From: Nitrospirota bacterium
GTDB lineage: Bacteria > Nitrospirota > Thermodesulfovibrionia > Thermodesulfovibrionales > UBA1546
DNA: 64,000 nucleotides
Direction: 5' to 3'
Assembly: GCA_016212165.1 (NCBI GenBank)
Contig: JACRGY010000106.1
Coordinates: 851-64,850 of the forward strand
Positions within the stretch are counted from its first letter, which is position 1; every line of letters begins with the position of its first letter. This document shows, one piece after another, positions 39,842-49,762 of the stretch. Made by a program: the position numbers and the translations under genes. The notes below the pieces were generated by a model that made no database searches, was not told where the DNA came from, and saw only the letters and a list, made by a program, of their open reading frames with translations.

Positions 39842-41170
39842 ATGCAAATACTTATTATTGAAGATGACTCTGCCATACAGCTTGCCCTCAGGGTTTTTTT
39901 TGAGAAAAAAAACTATGAGGTCCTGCTTGCTGATACAGGGGCTAAAGGGTTGGATATCGCCGGGAAGAACCTGCCGGATATAGTCCTCCTCGACCTTCGA
40001 TTGCCTGATATTTATGGCCTGGAACTTCTAAAAAAAATTAAATCTGACCGTCCTGACTCAATGGTTTATATAATGACTGCCTTTGGTGAGGTTAAGGATG
40101 TAATAGACGCTATAAACCTCGGCGCAGAAAATTACTTCCAGAAACCTGTGGACCTCGAAGAATTGGGAGCAATAATTGACAGGAGCTCTGAAAAAATAAA
40201 ATTAAGACAAGAGTTAATGTTATGCAAAAGAGGGCTGTATCCCATTATAGGAAGAAGTAAGGCTGTGCAGGGACTCATTCATCTAATTAATCTTATGGCT
40301 GAAAACCATTCCACTACATTGCTGATACAGGGTGAAACAGGGACAGGCAAAGAACTTGTTGCAAGGAACATCCATTCATTAAGCATGAGGGGAGAAAATC
40401 CGTTTGTAGATATAAACTGTGCCTCTATCCCGGATAATATCCTTGAAAGTGAGATTTTTGGATATGAGGCCGGGGCTTTTACGGATGCAAGGTCGGCAAA
40501 AAAAGGACTTCTTGAGATTGCTGATAAGGGCACCCTGTTTCTTGATGAAATTGCAGAAATGCCCCTTGCCACTCAGGCAAAGTTTTTAAGAGTAATAGAG
40601 ACAAAAACATTCAGGCGGTTGGGTGGCACAAAGGACATAAAAGTTGACATGCGTATTATTGCTGCAACGAATAAAGATCTTGCAAATGCTGTGCATAACA
40701 ATTATTTTCGGGAAGACCTTTATTACAGGCTAAATGTTATGCCTATTACAATCCCTCCCTTAAGGGAACGCATTGAAGATATCCCCTTGCTGGCAGAGTT
40801 CTTCATAACAGAGATTGCAGAAAATATGGCCAAGAAAATAAAGCCGCTTGACAGAGAAGCTGTGGAAGCTCTCTGTTCTTATAGATGGCCGGGCAACATA
40901 AGAGAGTTGCGAAACGTGCTGGAGAGGGCCATGATTCTTTGCCGTGGGGAAGTACTGACAGTCCAGAACCTGGTATTGTCTGCTGGCTCAACCGAAGAAA
41001 ACGCTGCCGCACTTACTCTTAAAGATGTTGAGCGCCTGCATATCAAGGCAATCCTTTCATTGGCTGCCAATAACCGTACAAAGGCTGCAAATATGCTCGG
41101 AATTGCACGTTCAACTCTTAACGAAAAAATTAAAAGTTACAATATTCCCAAGTCCGATCCTGAAATTTGA
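39842..41170 (+). CDS. sigma54-dependent response regulator (REC-AAA+-HTH, NtrC/AtoC family)
   Basis: IIEDD...LLDLRLPD receiver, GETGTGKE, GYEAGAFTDA, C-terminal AANMLGIARSTLNEKIKSY HTH. An alternative TTG start lies at 39833. Confidence 0.9.
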   Translation: MQILIIEDDSAIQLALRVFFEKKNYEVLLADTGAKGLDIAGKNLPDIVLLDLRLPDIYGLELLKKIKSDRPDSMVYIMTAFGEVKDVIDAINLGAENYFQKPVDLEELGAIIDRSSEKIKLRQELMLCKRGLYPIIGRSKAVQGLIHLINLMAENHSTTLLIQGETGTGKELVARNIHSLSMRGENPFVDINCASIPDNILESEIFGYEAGAFTDARSAKKGLLEIADKGTLFLDEIAEMPLATQAKFLRVIETKTFRRLGGTKDIKVDMRIIAATNKDLANAVHNNYFREDLYYRLNVMPITIPPLRERIEDIPLLAEFFITEIAENMAKKIKPLDREAVEALCSYRWPGNIRELRNVLERAMILCRGEVLTVQNLVLSAGSTEENAAALTLKDVERLHIKAILSLAANNRTKAANMLGIARSTLNEKIKSYNIPKSDPEI

Positions 41171-41286
41171 AATTCCCCGGCATTCTTGCGCTATAATTTT
41201 TTATTGATTTTTTCTTTTGGCGTTCTTTATAATTACAATTATAAGATAATTATATAAGCATAGGTTATGGCTCATGGAAAGTAACA

Positions 41287-41691
41287 ATGATTAGCCCGAA
41301 AAAAATTTTGATAGCGGACGATTCAGAATTTGTTCATCACATCTGCAAGGCCAGACTTGCTCGCTGCAAGGATTATGTCTTTCTGAGCGCAAGGAACGGT
41401 CATGATGCATATGAAATTTTATTGAGAGAAGATAAGATTGACCTCATAATTCTGGACCTGAATATGCCTTTAATGAATGGGATAGAGTTTATGGAAAAAA
41501 TGAGAAGAAATCCTTTATACAAACACACCACTGTAATCGTATTAAGCACAGACGGAAATGAAGATAAGCTGAAAATACTGCGTTCTCTCGAAGCATGGGC
41601 CTTTGTTAAAAAATCTCAAGCAGACAATTTTGTTAATATTATCGAAGACGCACTTGCTAAAAAGCCTTCGCCATTATTGAAATTTCATTAA
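41287..41691 (+). CDS. single-domain response regulator (CheY-like)
   Basis: 134 aa. ADDSE and ILDLNMPLMNG. Confidence 0.85.
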   Translation: MISPKKILIADDSEFVHHICKARLARCKDYVFLSARNGHDAYEILLREDKIDLIILDLNMPLMNGIEFMEKMRRNPLYKHTTVIVLSTDGNEDKLKILRSLEAWAFVKKSQADNFVNIIEDALAKKPSPLLKFH

Positions 41692-41784
41692 CCCTGACGC
41701 ATTTTTAAAAATCCATTATTTGAACTAAGAAGTCATCTATTGACCGGATATCGGTCATGCCATCCTATTTTCATACGCTAGAGA

Positions 41785-41873
41785 CTGAGGTTAGAGTTTA
41801 GTTTAAGGTCAATATAATATTGTAAAAACAAAGGATTTATATTCTTAACCTCAGCCTTAACCTTAACCTTGAT
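41785..41873. repeat. inverted arrays of GGTTARR / AACCTTA heptamers
   Basis: CTGAGGTTAGAGTTTAGTTTAAGGTC ... CTTAACCTCAGCCTTAACCTTAACCTTG. Lies immediately upstream of the sigma54 promoter. Confidence 0.75.
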
Positions 41874-41878
41874 ATTAC

Positions 41879-41894
41879 TGGCACTTCTCTTGCA
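41879..41894 (+). promoter_or_regulatory. sigma54 (-24/-12) promoter of the che-type operon
   Basis: TGGCACTTCTCTTGCA, a perfect consensus match, 40 nt upstream of the GTG at 41934. Confidence 0.85.
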
Positions 41895-41933
41895 ATATAT
41901 TGGCGACTGAAATCTTTACCTGGAGGTAATTTT

Positions 41934-42317
41934 GTGAAAAGTATTTTAATAGTTGATGATGAGCCGGCAATATTAATGGCTCTGTCCCATCTTTTAAGCA
42001 ATGAAAACACGCTGGTATTAACAAGCAGCAGAATCGAGGAGGCGGAAGAGGCCCTGGACCGTTACAAATTTGATCTGGTTATTGCAGACATAAGACTAAG
42101 CGGAATAGAAGGGATGGAAGGGCTTGAGCTTCTAAGTTATGTGAAGGGCATAAGCCCTGAAACAAAGGTAATCATTATGACCGCCTATGGTTCTGATGAG
42201 ATAAAAGATTCAGCCTACCAAAGAGGGGCTTACCACTATTACGAAAAACCAATAGACATGGATGACCTGACAAAAAAAGTTGAGGATTGCGGCATCCCTG
42301 TAATGGTTCAAAAATAA
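41934..42317 (+). CDS. single-domain response regulator (GTG start)
   Basis: 127 aa. VDDEP and VIADIRLSG. GGAGG RBS. Confidence 0.85.
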   Translation: MKSILIVDDEPAILMALSHLLSNENTLVLTSSRIEEAEEALDRYKFDLVIADIRLSGIEGMEGLELLSYVKGISPETKVIIMTAYGSDEIKDSAYQRGAYHYYEKPIDMDDLTKKVEDCGIPVMVQK

Positions 42318-42329
42318 AAAGGAGGAGAA

Positions 42330-42752
42330 ATGTCCACCTTAAATTTAAATAAAGTCCTGATTGTAGACGATTCCAAGTTAATACATCAGATGTACAGGCT
42401 GGTTCTGATGAGGTATAAGGGCTGCGCGCTTTTAGATGCAATGAACGGGCTGGAAGCGCTTGATTTTTTATCAAGGGAAAACGGGATTGACCTTATACTT
42501 CTTGACATAAACATGCCTGTAATGAATGGCGTACAATTTATGGAAAAACTCAAAAAGGACAACCTTTACAGGCATATCCCTATAGTTGTTATAAGCACGG
42601 AAGGCAAGGAAGAAGATACCATAAGGGCCATGAAACTAGGAGCCTGGGGCTATATAGTGAAACCCTTTAAATCTGAGGCCCTTTATGAGCTTCTTGAAAA
42701 GGTAATTACTAAAAAATCATCGGCGCTGATGGAAACAGGAACCAGGCGTTAG
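42330..42752 (+). CDS. cheY: chemotaxis-type response regulator CheY
   Basis: 140 aa. VDDSK, LLDINMPVMNG and VKPF. Confidence 0.85.
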   Translation: MSTLNLNKVLIVDDSKLIHQMYRLVLMRYKGCALLDAMNGLEALDFLSRENGIDLILLDINMPVMNGVQFMEKLKKDNLYRHIPIVVISTEGKEEDTIRAMKLGAWGYIVKPFKSEALYELLEKVITKKSSALMETGTRR

Positions 42753-42761
42753 GTTTAAGCC

Positions 42762-44375
42762 ATGGATTACTCTGCTCTTATAAAGGACTATCTTGACGAC
42801 GCGAACGGACATCTGAATGTCTTTGACAGTGCGTTGTTGTCTTTGGAAAAGGGCGGATATAAAAAAGATATACTTATTAATATTCTGGGCGCCCTGCATA
42901 CACTTAAAGGTAATTCCGGCATGATGGGGTTCGAATCTTTAAAGACATACATACATCATGTGGAAGAGATTCTTAAAAAGGTTGACGATAACAGTATAGA
43001 GCTTGGACAGGCGCTAGACACTCTATTAGATAGCGCAAATGTGCTCAGGAATGCGCTGCAGTGGATAGGGAAGAACCCAACCTTTACCCCTGATCTTATG
43101 GAAAACATCCTTGCGCTCCAGAAAAAACTGGAGGGTTCAGGCGATGCTTCTGAAAACCAACGAGTAGACCTTGCATCATACCTGGGCACAAAGACAGATA
43201 CTATTAAGGTCGATTTTAAGCGGCTTGACAGCCTGCTTAATCTTGTTGGAGAACTTGTAATATTCAAAACAAGGCTTAACCAGATAGAGACGCAGGCAAA
43301 AGGCGCAATAAACGACAAGTCTTTCGCTAAAGATTTAAATGAAGGCCTCGAACTTATGGGTAAAACCATATCAGAACTCCAGGAAGGCATAATGAAGGCA
43401 AGGATGCTGCCCGTAAGTTATGTCTTTAATAAATTCCCAAGGATGATAAGAGACCTCGCAAAGTCACAGGGCAAGGAGATTCAACTGATATTTGAGGGTG
43501 AAGACACAGAACTTGACAAGACCGTGATAGACGAACTCGAAGAGCCGCTCCTGCATATAATCAGAAATGCAATAGACCATGGGATAGAGGTTTCTCGCGA
43601 CAGAGTGAATAAGGGAAAGAATCAAAAAGGAACGATTGTCCTGTCTGCCGCCCAGGAATCCAACTATGTAATCATAAAAGTAAAGGATGACGGCAGGGGA
43701 ATTGATTTTGACACGGTAAGAAGGGCAGGCATTGATAAAGGATTAATAAAATCTGAAGACTCCTTTGACAAGGACAACATACTTTCGTTGATTTTTTCTG
43801 CCGGGTTCACGACAAAACAGGAGGCCACGGATGTTTCCGGAAGAGGCATAGGCCTTGATGTTGTAAGCAAAAATATTTCCAAACTAAACGGACATGTTAT
43901 TGTGGAGAGTATTCATGAAAAAGGCACGACTTTCACATTAAAGCTTCCGTTAAATCTTGCGATAATTCCTGCCTTAATGGCAGAGACAGGCGGGGAGGTT
44001 TATGCCATACCAATGAGCGCTATTGACGAGAGTATTAAGGTAAGGGAAGAAGATATTCATATTATAAACAATCACGAAGTAATAAGATTCAGGGAAAGGG
44101 TCATACCAGTCGTCAGGCTTGCTGAATTTTTCGGTCTTAACAGAGAGAAACAGAAGAAATTCTATCTTGTAATAGTTAGCAAGGCGGAAAAACGTATTGC
44201 AATTGCCGTTGACAGGCTCAGGGGACAGCAGGAGATTGTGATTAAACCGCTTGATGATACATTTGGAAAGTCTTATGGCATAGCAGGCGCTTCCATACTC
44301 GGCGATGGAAGGATAGTGCTGATAATTGACGTTATGTCTTTTTATGAGAAAAAGGAGGTGTTGGCAGGTGTCTAA
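42762..44375 (+). CDS. cheA: chemotaxis histidine kinase CheA (Hpt-dimerisation-HATPase-CheW-like; no obvious P2)
   Basis: 537 aa. HTLKGNSG Hpt His, DDGRGID, GRGIGLDVV, and a C-terminal CheW-like domain. Confidence 0.92.
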   Translation: MDYSALIKDYLDDANGHLNVFDSALLSLEKGGYKKDILINILGALHTLKGNSGMMGFESLKTYIHHVEEILKKVDDNSIELGQALDTLLDSANVLRNALQWIGKNPTFTPDLMENILALQKKLEGSGDASENQRVDLASYLGTKTDTIKVDFKRLDSLLNLVGELVIFKTRLNQIETQAKGAINDKSFAKDLNEGLELMGKTISELQEGIMKARMLPVSYVFNKFPRMIRDLAKSQGKEIQLIFEGEDTELDKTVIDELEEPLLHIIRNAIDHGIEVSRDRVNKGKNQKGTIVLSAAQESNYVIIKVKDDGRGIDFDTVRRAGIDKGLIKSEDSFDKDNILSLIFSAGFTTKQEATDVSGRGIGLDVVSKNISKLNGHVIVESIHEKGTTFTLKLPLNLAIIPALMAETGGEVYAIPMSAIDESIKVREEDIHIINNHEVIRFRERVIPVVRLAEFFGLNREKQKKFYLVIVSKAEKRIAIAVDRLRGQQEIVIKPLDDTFGKSYGIAGASILGDGRIVLIIDVMSFYEKKEVLAGV

Positions 44376-44934
44376 GATATCTTTACCGCCTTCAGGCCTT
44401 GCAGAAGATTTTATAGGTGAGATAAGGGATGAACAGGCTGAGGTACAGCTTGTCACCTTTGCCCTTGGGGAACAGTATGGCGTTCCCATAAGCCAGATAC
44501 AGGAAATAATAAGGGTTGGTAATATCACAATGGTTCCAAATTCGCCTTCGTATATGGAAGGAGTTATAAACCTGAGGGGAAGAGTGCTGCCTGTCTTGAA
44601 CCTGAGAAAAAGGTTGCGGCTATCGGCAAAGGACACCGGCAAGATGTCGAGAATTATTGTTACAGAGGTTAACAATAAGACAATAGGATTGCTTGTGGAT
44701 TCAGTCTCGCATGTCATCAAGGTGGCATCGGATTCAGTGGAAGCTGCTCCTGAAGAAGTCCTTGAGATTGACACTGATTACATAACAGGCGTGTGCAAGA
44801 TTCAAGATAGCCTTGTAATATTAATTGACCTGGAAAAACTCTTAAAGAGAGAAAAGATTGAGATTAAAGAGGTTGGGATGGATTTATCTACGGCCCATGA
44901 ACAACGAGGAGGAAGCGATGGAAAAGAAAATTAA
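44368..44934 (+). CDS. cheW: coupling protein CheW (GTG start)
   Basis: GTG lies 8 nt after AAGGAGGTG and overlaps the cheA stop. LVTFALGEQYGVPISQIQEI and INLRGRVLPVLNLR. Confidence 0.88.
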   Translation: MSKISLPPSGLAEDFIGEIRDEQAEVQLVTFALGEQYGVPISQIQEIIRVGNITMVPNSPSYMEGVINLRGRVLPVLNLRKRLRLSAKDTGKMSRIIVTEVNNKTIGLLVDSVSHVIKVASDSVEAAPEEVLEIDTDYITGVCKIQDSLVILIDLEKLLKREKIEIKEVGMDLSTAHEQRGGSDGKEN

Positions 44935-45127
44935 CTGCTGGGAGTTTAAAAAATGCGGAAGGGATAAGACAGGAGACTGTCCGGCATATCCGAAAGGCGG
45001 AAGGGTGTGCTATTTGGTTGCAGGCACTTTGTGCGGGGGAAAGGTGCAGGGAACATATGCCCTTAAGATTGATAACTGCCGGTCATGTGATTTTTATAAG
45101 GGAGTGGTCATCGAAAAAAAATTTTGA
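44918..45127 (+). CDS. free-standing 7-Cys module protein ('two-CW'-like), copy B
   Basis: 69 aa. MEKKINCWEFKKCGRDKTGDCPAYPKGGRVCYLVAGTLCGGKVQGTYALKIDNCRSCDFY. GGAGGAAG RBS. Start overlaps cheW by 17 nt. Confidence 0.85.
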   Translation: MEKKINCWEFKKCGRDKTGDCPAYPKGGRVCYLVAGTLCGGKVQGTYALKIDNCRSCDFYKGVVIEKKF

Positions 45128-45193
45128 AAGAAAAGAGGCTATGATTTTTAAATTTTTTAACCTTAGTCTTAATCTATGTTTAAGGAGGAAAGC

Positions 45194-47680
45194 GTGAAGA
45201 TAAAAATCAGCACAAAACTTTTTATTGGTTTAGGGGTTATACTTGCCATTGTAATTGCAATGGCAGCCGGATTTTATTTGTCCATGAAAAATGTGGAAGA
45301 GGCAAAGTCAGAGGCCCTTCAGCTGTCAGAGCTGAACACATTTTTCTCGGAGCGAGTGGTGGACCATCTTAAATGGATGGACGGACTTTCTTCGGGTCTC
45401 TTTATTGAGGGGAAGGAATTCAAGGGAAAGCTTGATCCCGCTGAATGTAACCTTGGAAAATGGATGACGACATTTAAACCCTATTCAAAGGAGATAGAAG
45501 AGCCTTTTAAAGCATTAGATGCGCCCCACAAAAAACTACATGAATCGGCAAGCCGAATAATTTCAGAAACCAAAGCGGGGCACAAGGACAGGGCTCATGC
45601 AATATTTATAGCGGAGACAATTCCTGCAGTTGCATCTGTCCAGGGAAGCCTGAATAAGATGAAGGAAATCCTGAAAAAGGACATGGAAACAAAAGACATA
45701 CAATTGAAGGCTGCCATTAAAAGAGCTAATGCCATTACGTTCGGGCTTGCTGCGTTTGTATTGCTGTTTGGCATTATCGGAGGCACAATTTTTGTAAAGG
45801 GCATAAGTAACGGGATTACAGGGCCTATCGAAAAGATGATAAATTCAATGAAGAGGATTGCTGACGGGAACCTTACTGAAGAAGTGGCTGTTAAGGGCAG
45901 TGATGAGATAGTTCAGATGTCCGGAGAGTTCAATAAGGTTGTTAAGGGGCTTAAGGATACAATTACACACGCTGTCGCATCTGCCCTTAAGGTTTCCCTG
46001 GCTACAAATAATATAGTTTCAAACGCGCAGAAACTTTCCTTATCCTCACAGGAAGAAGCCTCTGCCACAGAAGAGACTACTTCTTCCATGGAGGAGATGG
46101 CAGCATCTATAGCACAGGTTGCAAAGAATACGGAGTCGCTTGCGACAAATGTTGATGAAACATCAGCTACAATAGGCGAGATGGCTGCCTCGATAGAGCA
46201 GGTAGGAAAAAGCGCTGACAACATGGCAGCTTCGGTTGAAGAAACATCCGCAACAATTGAAGAGATGCTTGCCTCTACCGACCAGACTGCAAAAAATACA
46301 GGTATGATGACCGAGGCAGTAAGCGAAACATCCCTGACTGTTGAAAATCTGCTCTCATCAATCGAGCAGATATCTAAAAATACAGAATCCTTAAAAAATA
46401 TGGTCACGGAGACTTCAAGCACCATTGAAGAGATGACAATGACTGTCAGAGAGGTTGCGGGAAGGATTGAGGGCGCCAATAAATTAACCCAGAAAGCTTT
46501 CGGTGAGGCCGAAGACGGCGGAAAGGCCATATACCAGAGCATAGAAAGCCTCCAGAATATCGGCAAAACAACAGAAAAAACCATGGGCATAATACAAAAC
46601 CTGGGCAAACGCTCGGAAGAAATAGGCTCGATTGTTGAAGTCATAGATGAGATTGCAGACCAGACAAACCTTCTGGCGCTTAACGCCGCAATAGAGGCAG
46701 CGCGGGCAGGGGATGCCGGAAGGGGCTTTGCCGTAGTTGCAGAGGAAATACGAAAGCTTGCAGAGCGTTCCATGGAGGCTACAAAAGAGATTGGGGGCGT
46801 TATAAAACAGGTACAGAGCGAAACTGAAACAGCGATAAAGGCAACAGAAGAAACTTACAGGGAAGGCAAGGGCGGTATTATGCTTGCGGGGCAGAGCAGG
46901 GATGCATTCACAGAAATAATAGCTTCAATAAAAGAAAGTTCGGAAGTAATGCATGGGATAGCCAAGTCTGCAGCTGAACTGAACAAGGCGATTGAGCAGA
47001 GCATGAAATATGTTGTGGATATGAATGCGTCTACTGATGATGTTACAAGCGCTGTAAAAGGGCAGGCGAATGGCGCAGGCAGCATCAGGCTTCTCCTTGA
47101 TAAGATGAACAAAATGGTACAGGAAGTAAATATAGCAGCCAGAGAACAATCCATTGGCGGAAAACAGATACGAGAGGCTGTAGAGCGCATGAAAAATATA
47201 GTCCATGAGGTAGGGGTTGCCGTTAAAGAGCAGGTGAGCGGGACCAAGCAGATAGTTCAATCAGCTGAGATAATGCATGAAATGGCACAGTCGGTAGCTA
47301 ATGCAACATCAGAACAGAAACTCGGAGGAGAGACTGTTGTGAGAGCAATGGAGGGCATAGGGCATATTGCATCAGAAAACCTTGAGCTGTCGAAGAAAAT
47401 GACCGAGACGTCCAATGAAACACTTTTCCAGATGGAAAACCTCCAATATGTAATAAGCAACTTTAAGATACATTCAAATGGAAATAAAAAATGCTGGGAT
47501 GTAATGAACTGTCCAGCAGGGTCAAGGCTTAAATGCCCTGCATATAATGCCCAGGAAGACCGGTGCTGGCTTATATCGGGAACGTGGTGCAAGGGCGCGC
47601 AGCAGGGTGACGCGCGGTCTAAATTGCGTAACTGCATGACCTGTGAGGCATTCAAGGTTATACAGGGAGTGGAAGTGTAA
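45194..47680 (+). CDS. methyl-accepting chemotaxis protein: CZB-like sensor between 2 TM, HAMP, long MA domain, C-terminal 7-Cys module (copy C)
   Basis: GTG follows AAGGAGG. HLKW...CNLGKW...H..LH zinc-binding-type motif at aa 60-125. Signalling hairpin [18 protein letters not shown]. Four EETS(A/S)..EEM..S repeats. Last 60 aa: [35 protein letters not shown]...CMTCEAF. Confidence 0.9.
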   Translation: MKIKISTKLFIGLGVILAIVIAMAAGFYLSMKNVEEAKSEALQLSELNTFFSERVVDHLKWMDGLSSGLFIEGKEFKGKLDPAECNLGKWMTTFKPYSKEIEEPFKALDAPHKKLHESASRIISETKAGHKDRAHAIFIAETIPAVASVQGSLNKMKEILKKDMETKDIQLKAAIKRANAITFGLAAFVLLFGIIGGTIFVKGISNGITGPIEKMINSMKRIADGNLTEEVAVKGSDEIVQMSGEFNKVVKGLKDTITHAVASALKVSLATNNIVSNAQKLSLSSQEEASATEETTSSMEEMAASIAQVAKNTESLATNVDETSATIGEMAASIEQVGKSADNMAASVEETSATIEEMLASTDQTAKNTGMMTEAVSETSLTVENLLSSIEQISKNTESLKNMVTETSSTIEEMTMTVREVAGRIEGANKLTQKAFGEAEDGGKAIYQSIESLQNIGKTTEKTMGIIQNLGKRSEEIGSIVEVIDEIADQTNLLALNAAIEAARAGDAGRGFAVVAEEIRKLAERSMEATKEIGGVIKQVQSETETAIKATEETYREGKGGIMLAGQSRDAFTEIIASIKESSEVMHGIAKSAAELNKAIEQSMKYVVDMNASTDDVTSAVKGQANGAGSIRLLLDKMNKMVQEVNIAAREQSIGGKQIREAVERMKNIVHEVGVAVKEQVSGTKQIVQSAEIMHEMAQSVANATSEQKLGGETVVRAMEGIGHIASENLELSKKMTETSNETLFQMENLQYVISNFKIHSNGNKKCWDVMNCPAGSRLKCPAYNAQEDRCWLISGTWCKGAQQGDARSKLRNCMTCEAFKVIQGVEV

Positions 47681-47770
47681 TTCAAAATTCAAAATGGTAA
47701 ATGGGTGAATAGGTTAAAAGGTGAATGGGTTTTTGCGATTTACCGATTCACCGAATAGCAATTCACCTGT
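47681..47770. repeat. inverted arrays of GGTGAAT / GATTCAC heptamers
   Basis: AATTCAAAATTCAAAATGGTAAATGGGTGAATAGG..GGTGAATGGG ... CGATTTACCGATTCACCGAATAGCAATTCACC. Shares CGATTCAC with the nifN-internal repeat. Confidence 0.75.
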
Positions 47771-47783
47771 AAGGGAAAATGAT

Positions 47784-48917
47784 ATGCAGGAAATCCAGGA
47801 AATATTAAATAAATTAAAGGACAATAACTGGTGGGTAAGAAAAAACACCATTGAAAATCTTCTTGCCTATCCCGAAGATTCGTACCTTTCTGTCCTGGAG
47901 GAATGGCTGAGAAATGGTGACGACGCCCTCTTAAGGAATGCTGCCATGGAGGCATTCAGGTCTCTTGGAGGAAGGGCTGTCGGGTCCCTTATTTCATTGC
48001 TTAAAGACAAGGATCCGGATGTCAGGATTTTTGCCGCAAATGTGCTTGGAGATATAGGAGACGCAGAAGCATTGTCAGCGCTTATACCGGCGCTTGCTGA
48101 CCCTGATGTTAATGTTAAAATAGCATCAGCTGAAGCGCTCGGCAAAATAGGCAGCGAAAAGGCGGTAACGGCATTGGCAAAACTCATAGGCAGCACAACA
48201 TGGGTCACGATGGCAGCTATTGAGGCTATTGGTGAGATAGGCGGCGATAAAGCCTTAACTGTGCTTTATAAGTGCCTTGAAAAAGAAGAATATCACGGCA
48301 TGGCATTTGCTGCAATTGAAAGGGCAGGGAACCAGCATTTCATAAGACATTTAACGCCATTTGTTGATAAGGAAACCGGCCTCAGGGAACTGGCGCTGAA
48401 GGCAATAGTTACTATTGCCGACAGAGAGGGAACAAAGCCAATGCCTTCATATTTCACAAGCCTTATTCCCCTGCTTCTGGACCTGCAGCATTCTGCCCGG
48501 CCCGAATTCAAAAAGGCCGCCTTTATAGCATTGTGCTGGTCGGAAGACATGAGTGGTTTTGAATATTTCATTGATGCCCTGAACGATGAAGAGCTTCAGG
48601 AATATGCCATAAACGGATTGTTTTCGCTCGGGAAAAGGGCAGTTCCCGGCATAATTGACGCTCTTAAAAAACAGGGCGCCAACAGGGTTATTCTGGCAAA
48701 GGTTCTCTCCATGCTTGGAGAAAATACCGCTCTGCTGCGGTTTGCGGATGATGATGATGCAGAGGTCCGCACAGAGGTTGCTCTTGCCATTGGCAACTTG
48801 AAAACTCAGAAAGCCATTGAAACGCTGCTGATGCTTGAACAGGATGCCATAGACGAGGTTAGGGCAGCAGCTCAGCTTTCGTTAAAGAATAAAAAGGACA
48901 CCGGTAATCTAACATGA
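47784..48917 (+). CDS. HEAT-repeat (PBS-lyase-like) protein
   Basis: About 10 repeats of the type D.D..VR..AA.ALG.IG...A...L. The ATG at 47784 is chosen because upstream codons lie in the heptamer repeat. Confidence 0.85.
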   Translation: MQEIQEILNKLKDNNWWVRKNTIENLLAYPEDSYLSVLEEWLRNGDDALLRNAAMEAFRSLGGRAVGSLISLLKDKDPDVRIFAANVLGDIGDAEALSALIPALADPDVNVKIASAEALGKIGSEKAVTALAKLIGSTTWVTMAAIEAIGEIGGDKALTVLYKCLEKEEYHGMAFAAIERAGNQHFIRHLTPFVDKETGLRELALKAIVTIADREGTKPMPSYFTSLIPLLLDLQHSARPEFKKAAFIALCWSEDMSGFEYFIDALNDEELQEYAINGLFSLGKRAVPGIIDALKKQGANRVILAKVLSMLGENTALLRFADDDDAEVRTEVALAIGNLKTQKAIETLLMLEQDAIDEVRAAAQLSLKNKKDTGNLT

Positions 48918-49762
48918 CATTGTCTAAAAAAGATCTGATGTCAGAAGAGGAATTTGCTCTTCTGAGGGATCTGATAAATAGAGAGTTTGGGATACAATTA
49001 AGAGGTGACAAGAGGCTGACTTTTCATACAAAAGTATCTCACAGGCTGAATATCCTTGGCCTCAAATCCTACAGGGATTACTATGAGTTTATTATTTCAG
49101 ATTCTTCAAGAGAAGAATTGTTTAGGCTTGCCTCTCACATAACAAATAACGAAACCTATTTTTTCAGGGAAAAAATGCAGCTCGATGTATTTTCTAATCT
49201 GCTTAAGGAGATTAAAAAAGAGAGACAGAAAAAGAACCAGAATATTTTAAAAATCCTGTCTCTTGCCTGTTCAAGCGGAGAAGAGGCATATACCCTGAAT
49301 ATCCTGGCCCAGGAAAGCGGGCTTTTTATCTGGGACTGGGATATAAGGATAATAGGCATTGATATAGACAAAAATGCGCTTAAAAAGGCAAAAGGGGCTT
49401 CCTATACAAAGAACTCATTCAGGCTGAACGGGAATATAGACATTGTTAATAAATATTTCACAGCCGAAGGAGACCATTACAGCTTAAGAAAAATTTTTAC
49501 AAAAAATGTTGATTTCAGGCATGGGAACCTGCTGGACATCAATTCTTTCACTGACATCAATGATATAGATGTTGTCTTTTGCAGGAACGTGCTGATATAC
49601 ATGAATGACAGCGCTATCAGCAGGATTATAAAAAATCTTTATAACAGCATGACAGATTCAGGGTATCTTTTTATAGGTTCGGCAGAGAGCCTTATTCAAC
49701 GCACAGACCTTTTTTCCCCGGAATATAATAATGGAATAATTGTTTACAGAAAGAATGTCTGA
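48914..49762 (+). CDS. cheR: chemotaxis protein methyltransferase CheR
   Basis: 282 aa. TYFFRE, and the SAM-binding LSLACSSGEEAYTL and VFCRNVLIY. Confidence 0.9.
   Translation: MTLSKKDLMSEEEFALLRDLINREFGIQLRGDKRLTFHTKVSHRLNILGLKSYRDYYEFIISDSSREELFRLASHITNNETYFFREKMQLDVFSNLLKEIKKERQKKNQNILKILSLACSSGEEAYTLNILAQESGLFIWDWDIRIIGIDIDKNALKKAKGASYTKNSFRLNGNIDIVNKYFTAEGDHYSLRKIFTKNVDFRHGNLLDINSFTDINDIDVVFCRNVLIYMNDSAISRIIKNLYNSMTDSGYLFIGSAESLIQRTDLFSPEYNNGIIVYRKNV

Noticed and set aside
43974-44774. 266-aa minus-strand ORF across the cheA/cheW junction.
   Set aside because: It is antisense to two well-supported che genes and has no recognisable motifs. It is a typical shadow ORF.
45913-46773. 286-aa minus-strand ORF inside the MCP gene.
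   Set aside because: It is antisense to a gene with unmistakable MCP motifs. Its Ser/Ala/Ile-rich low-complexity product is the mirror image of the coiled-coil repeats, and it has no RBS.
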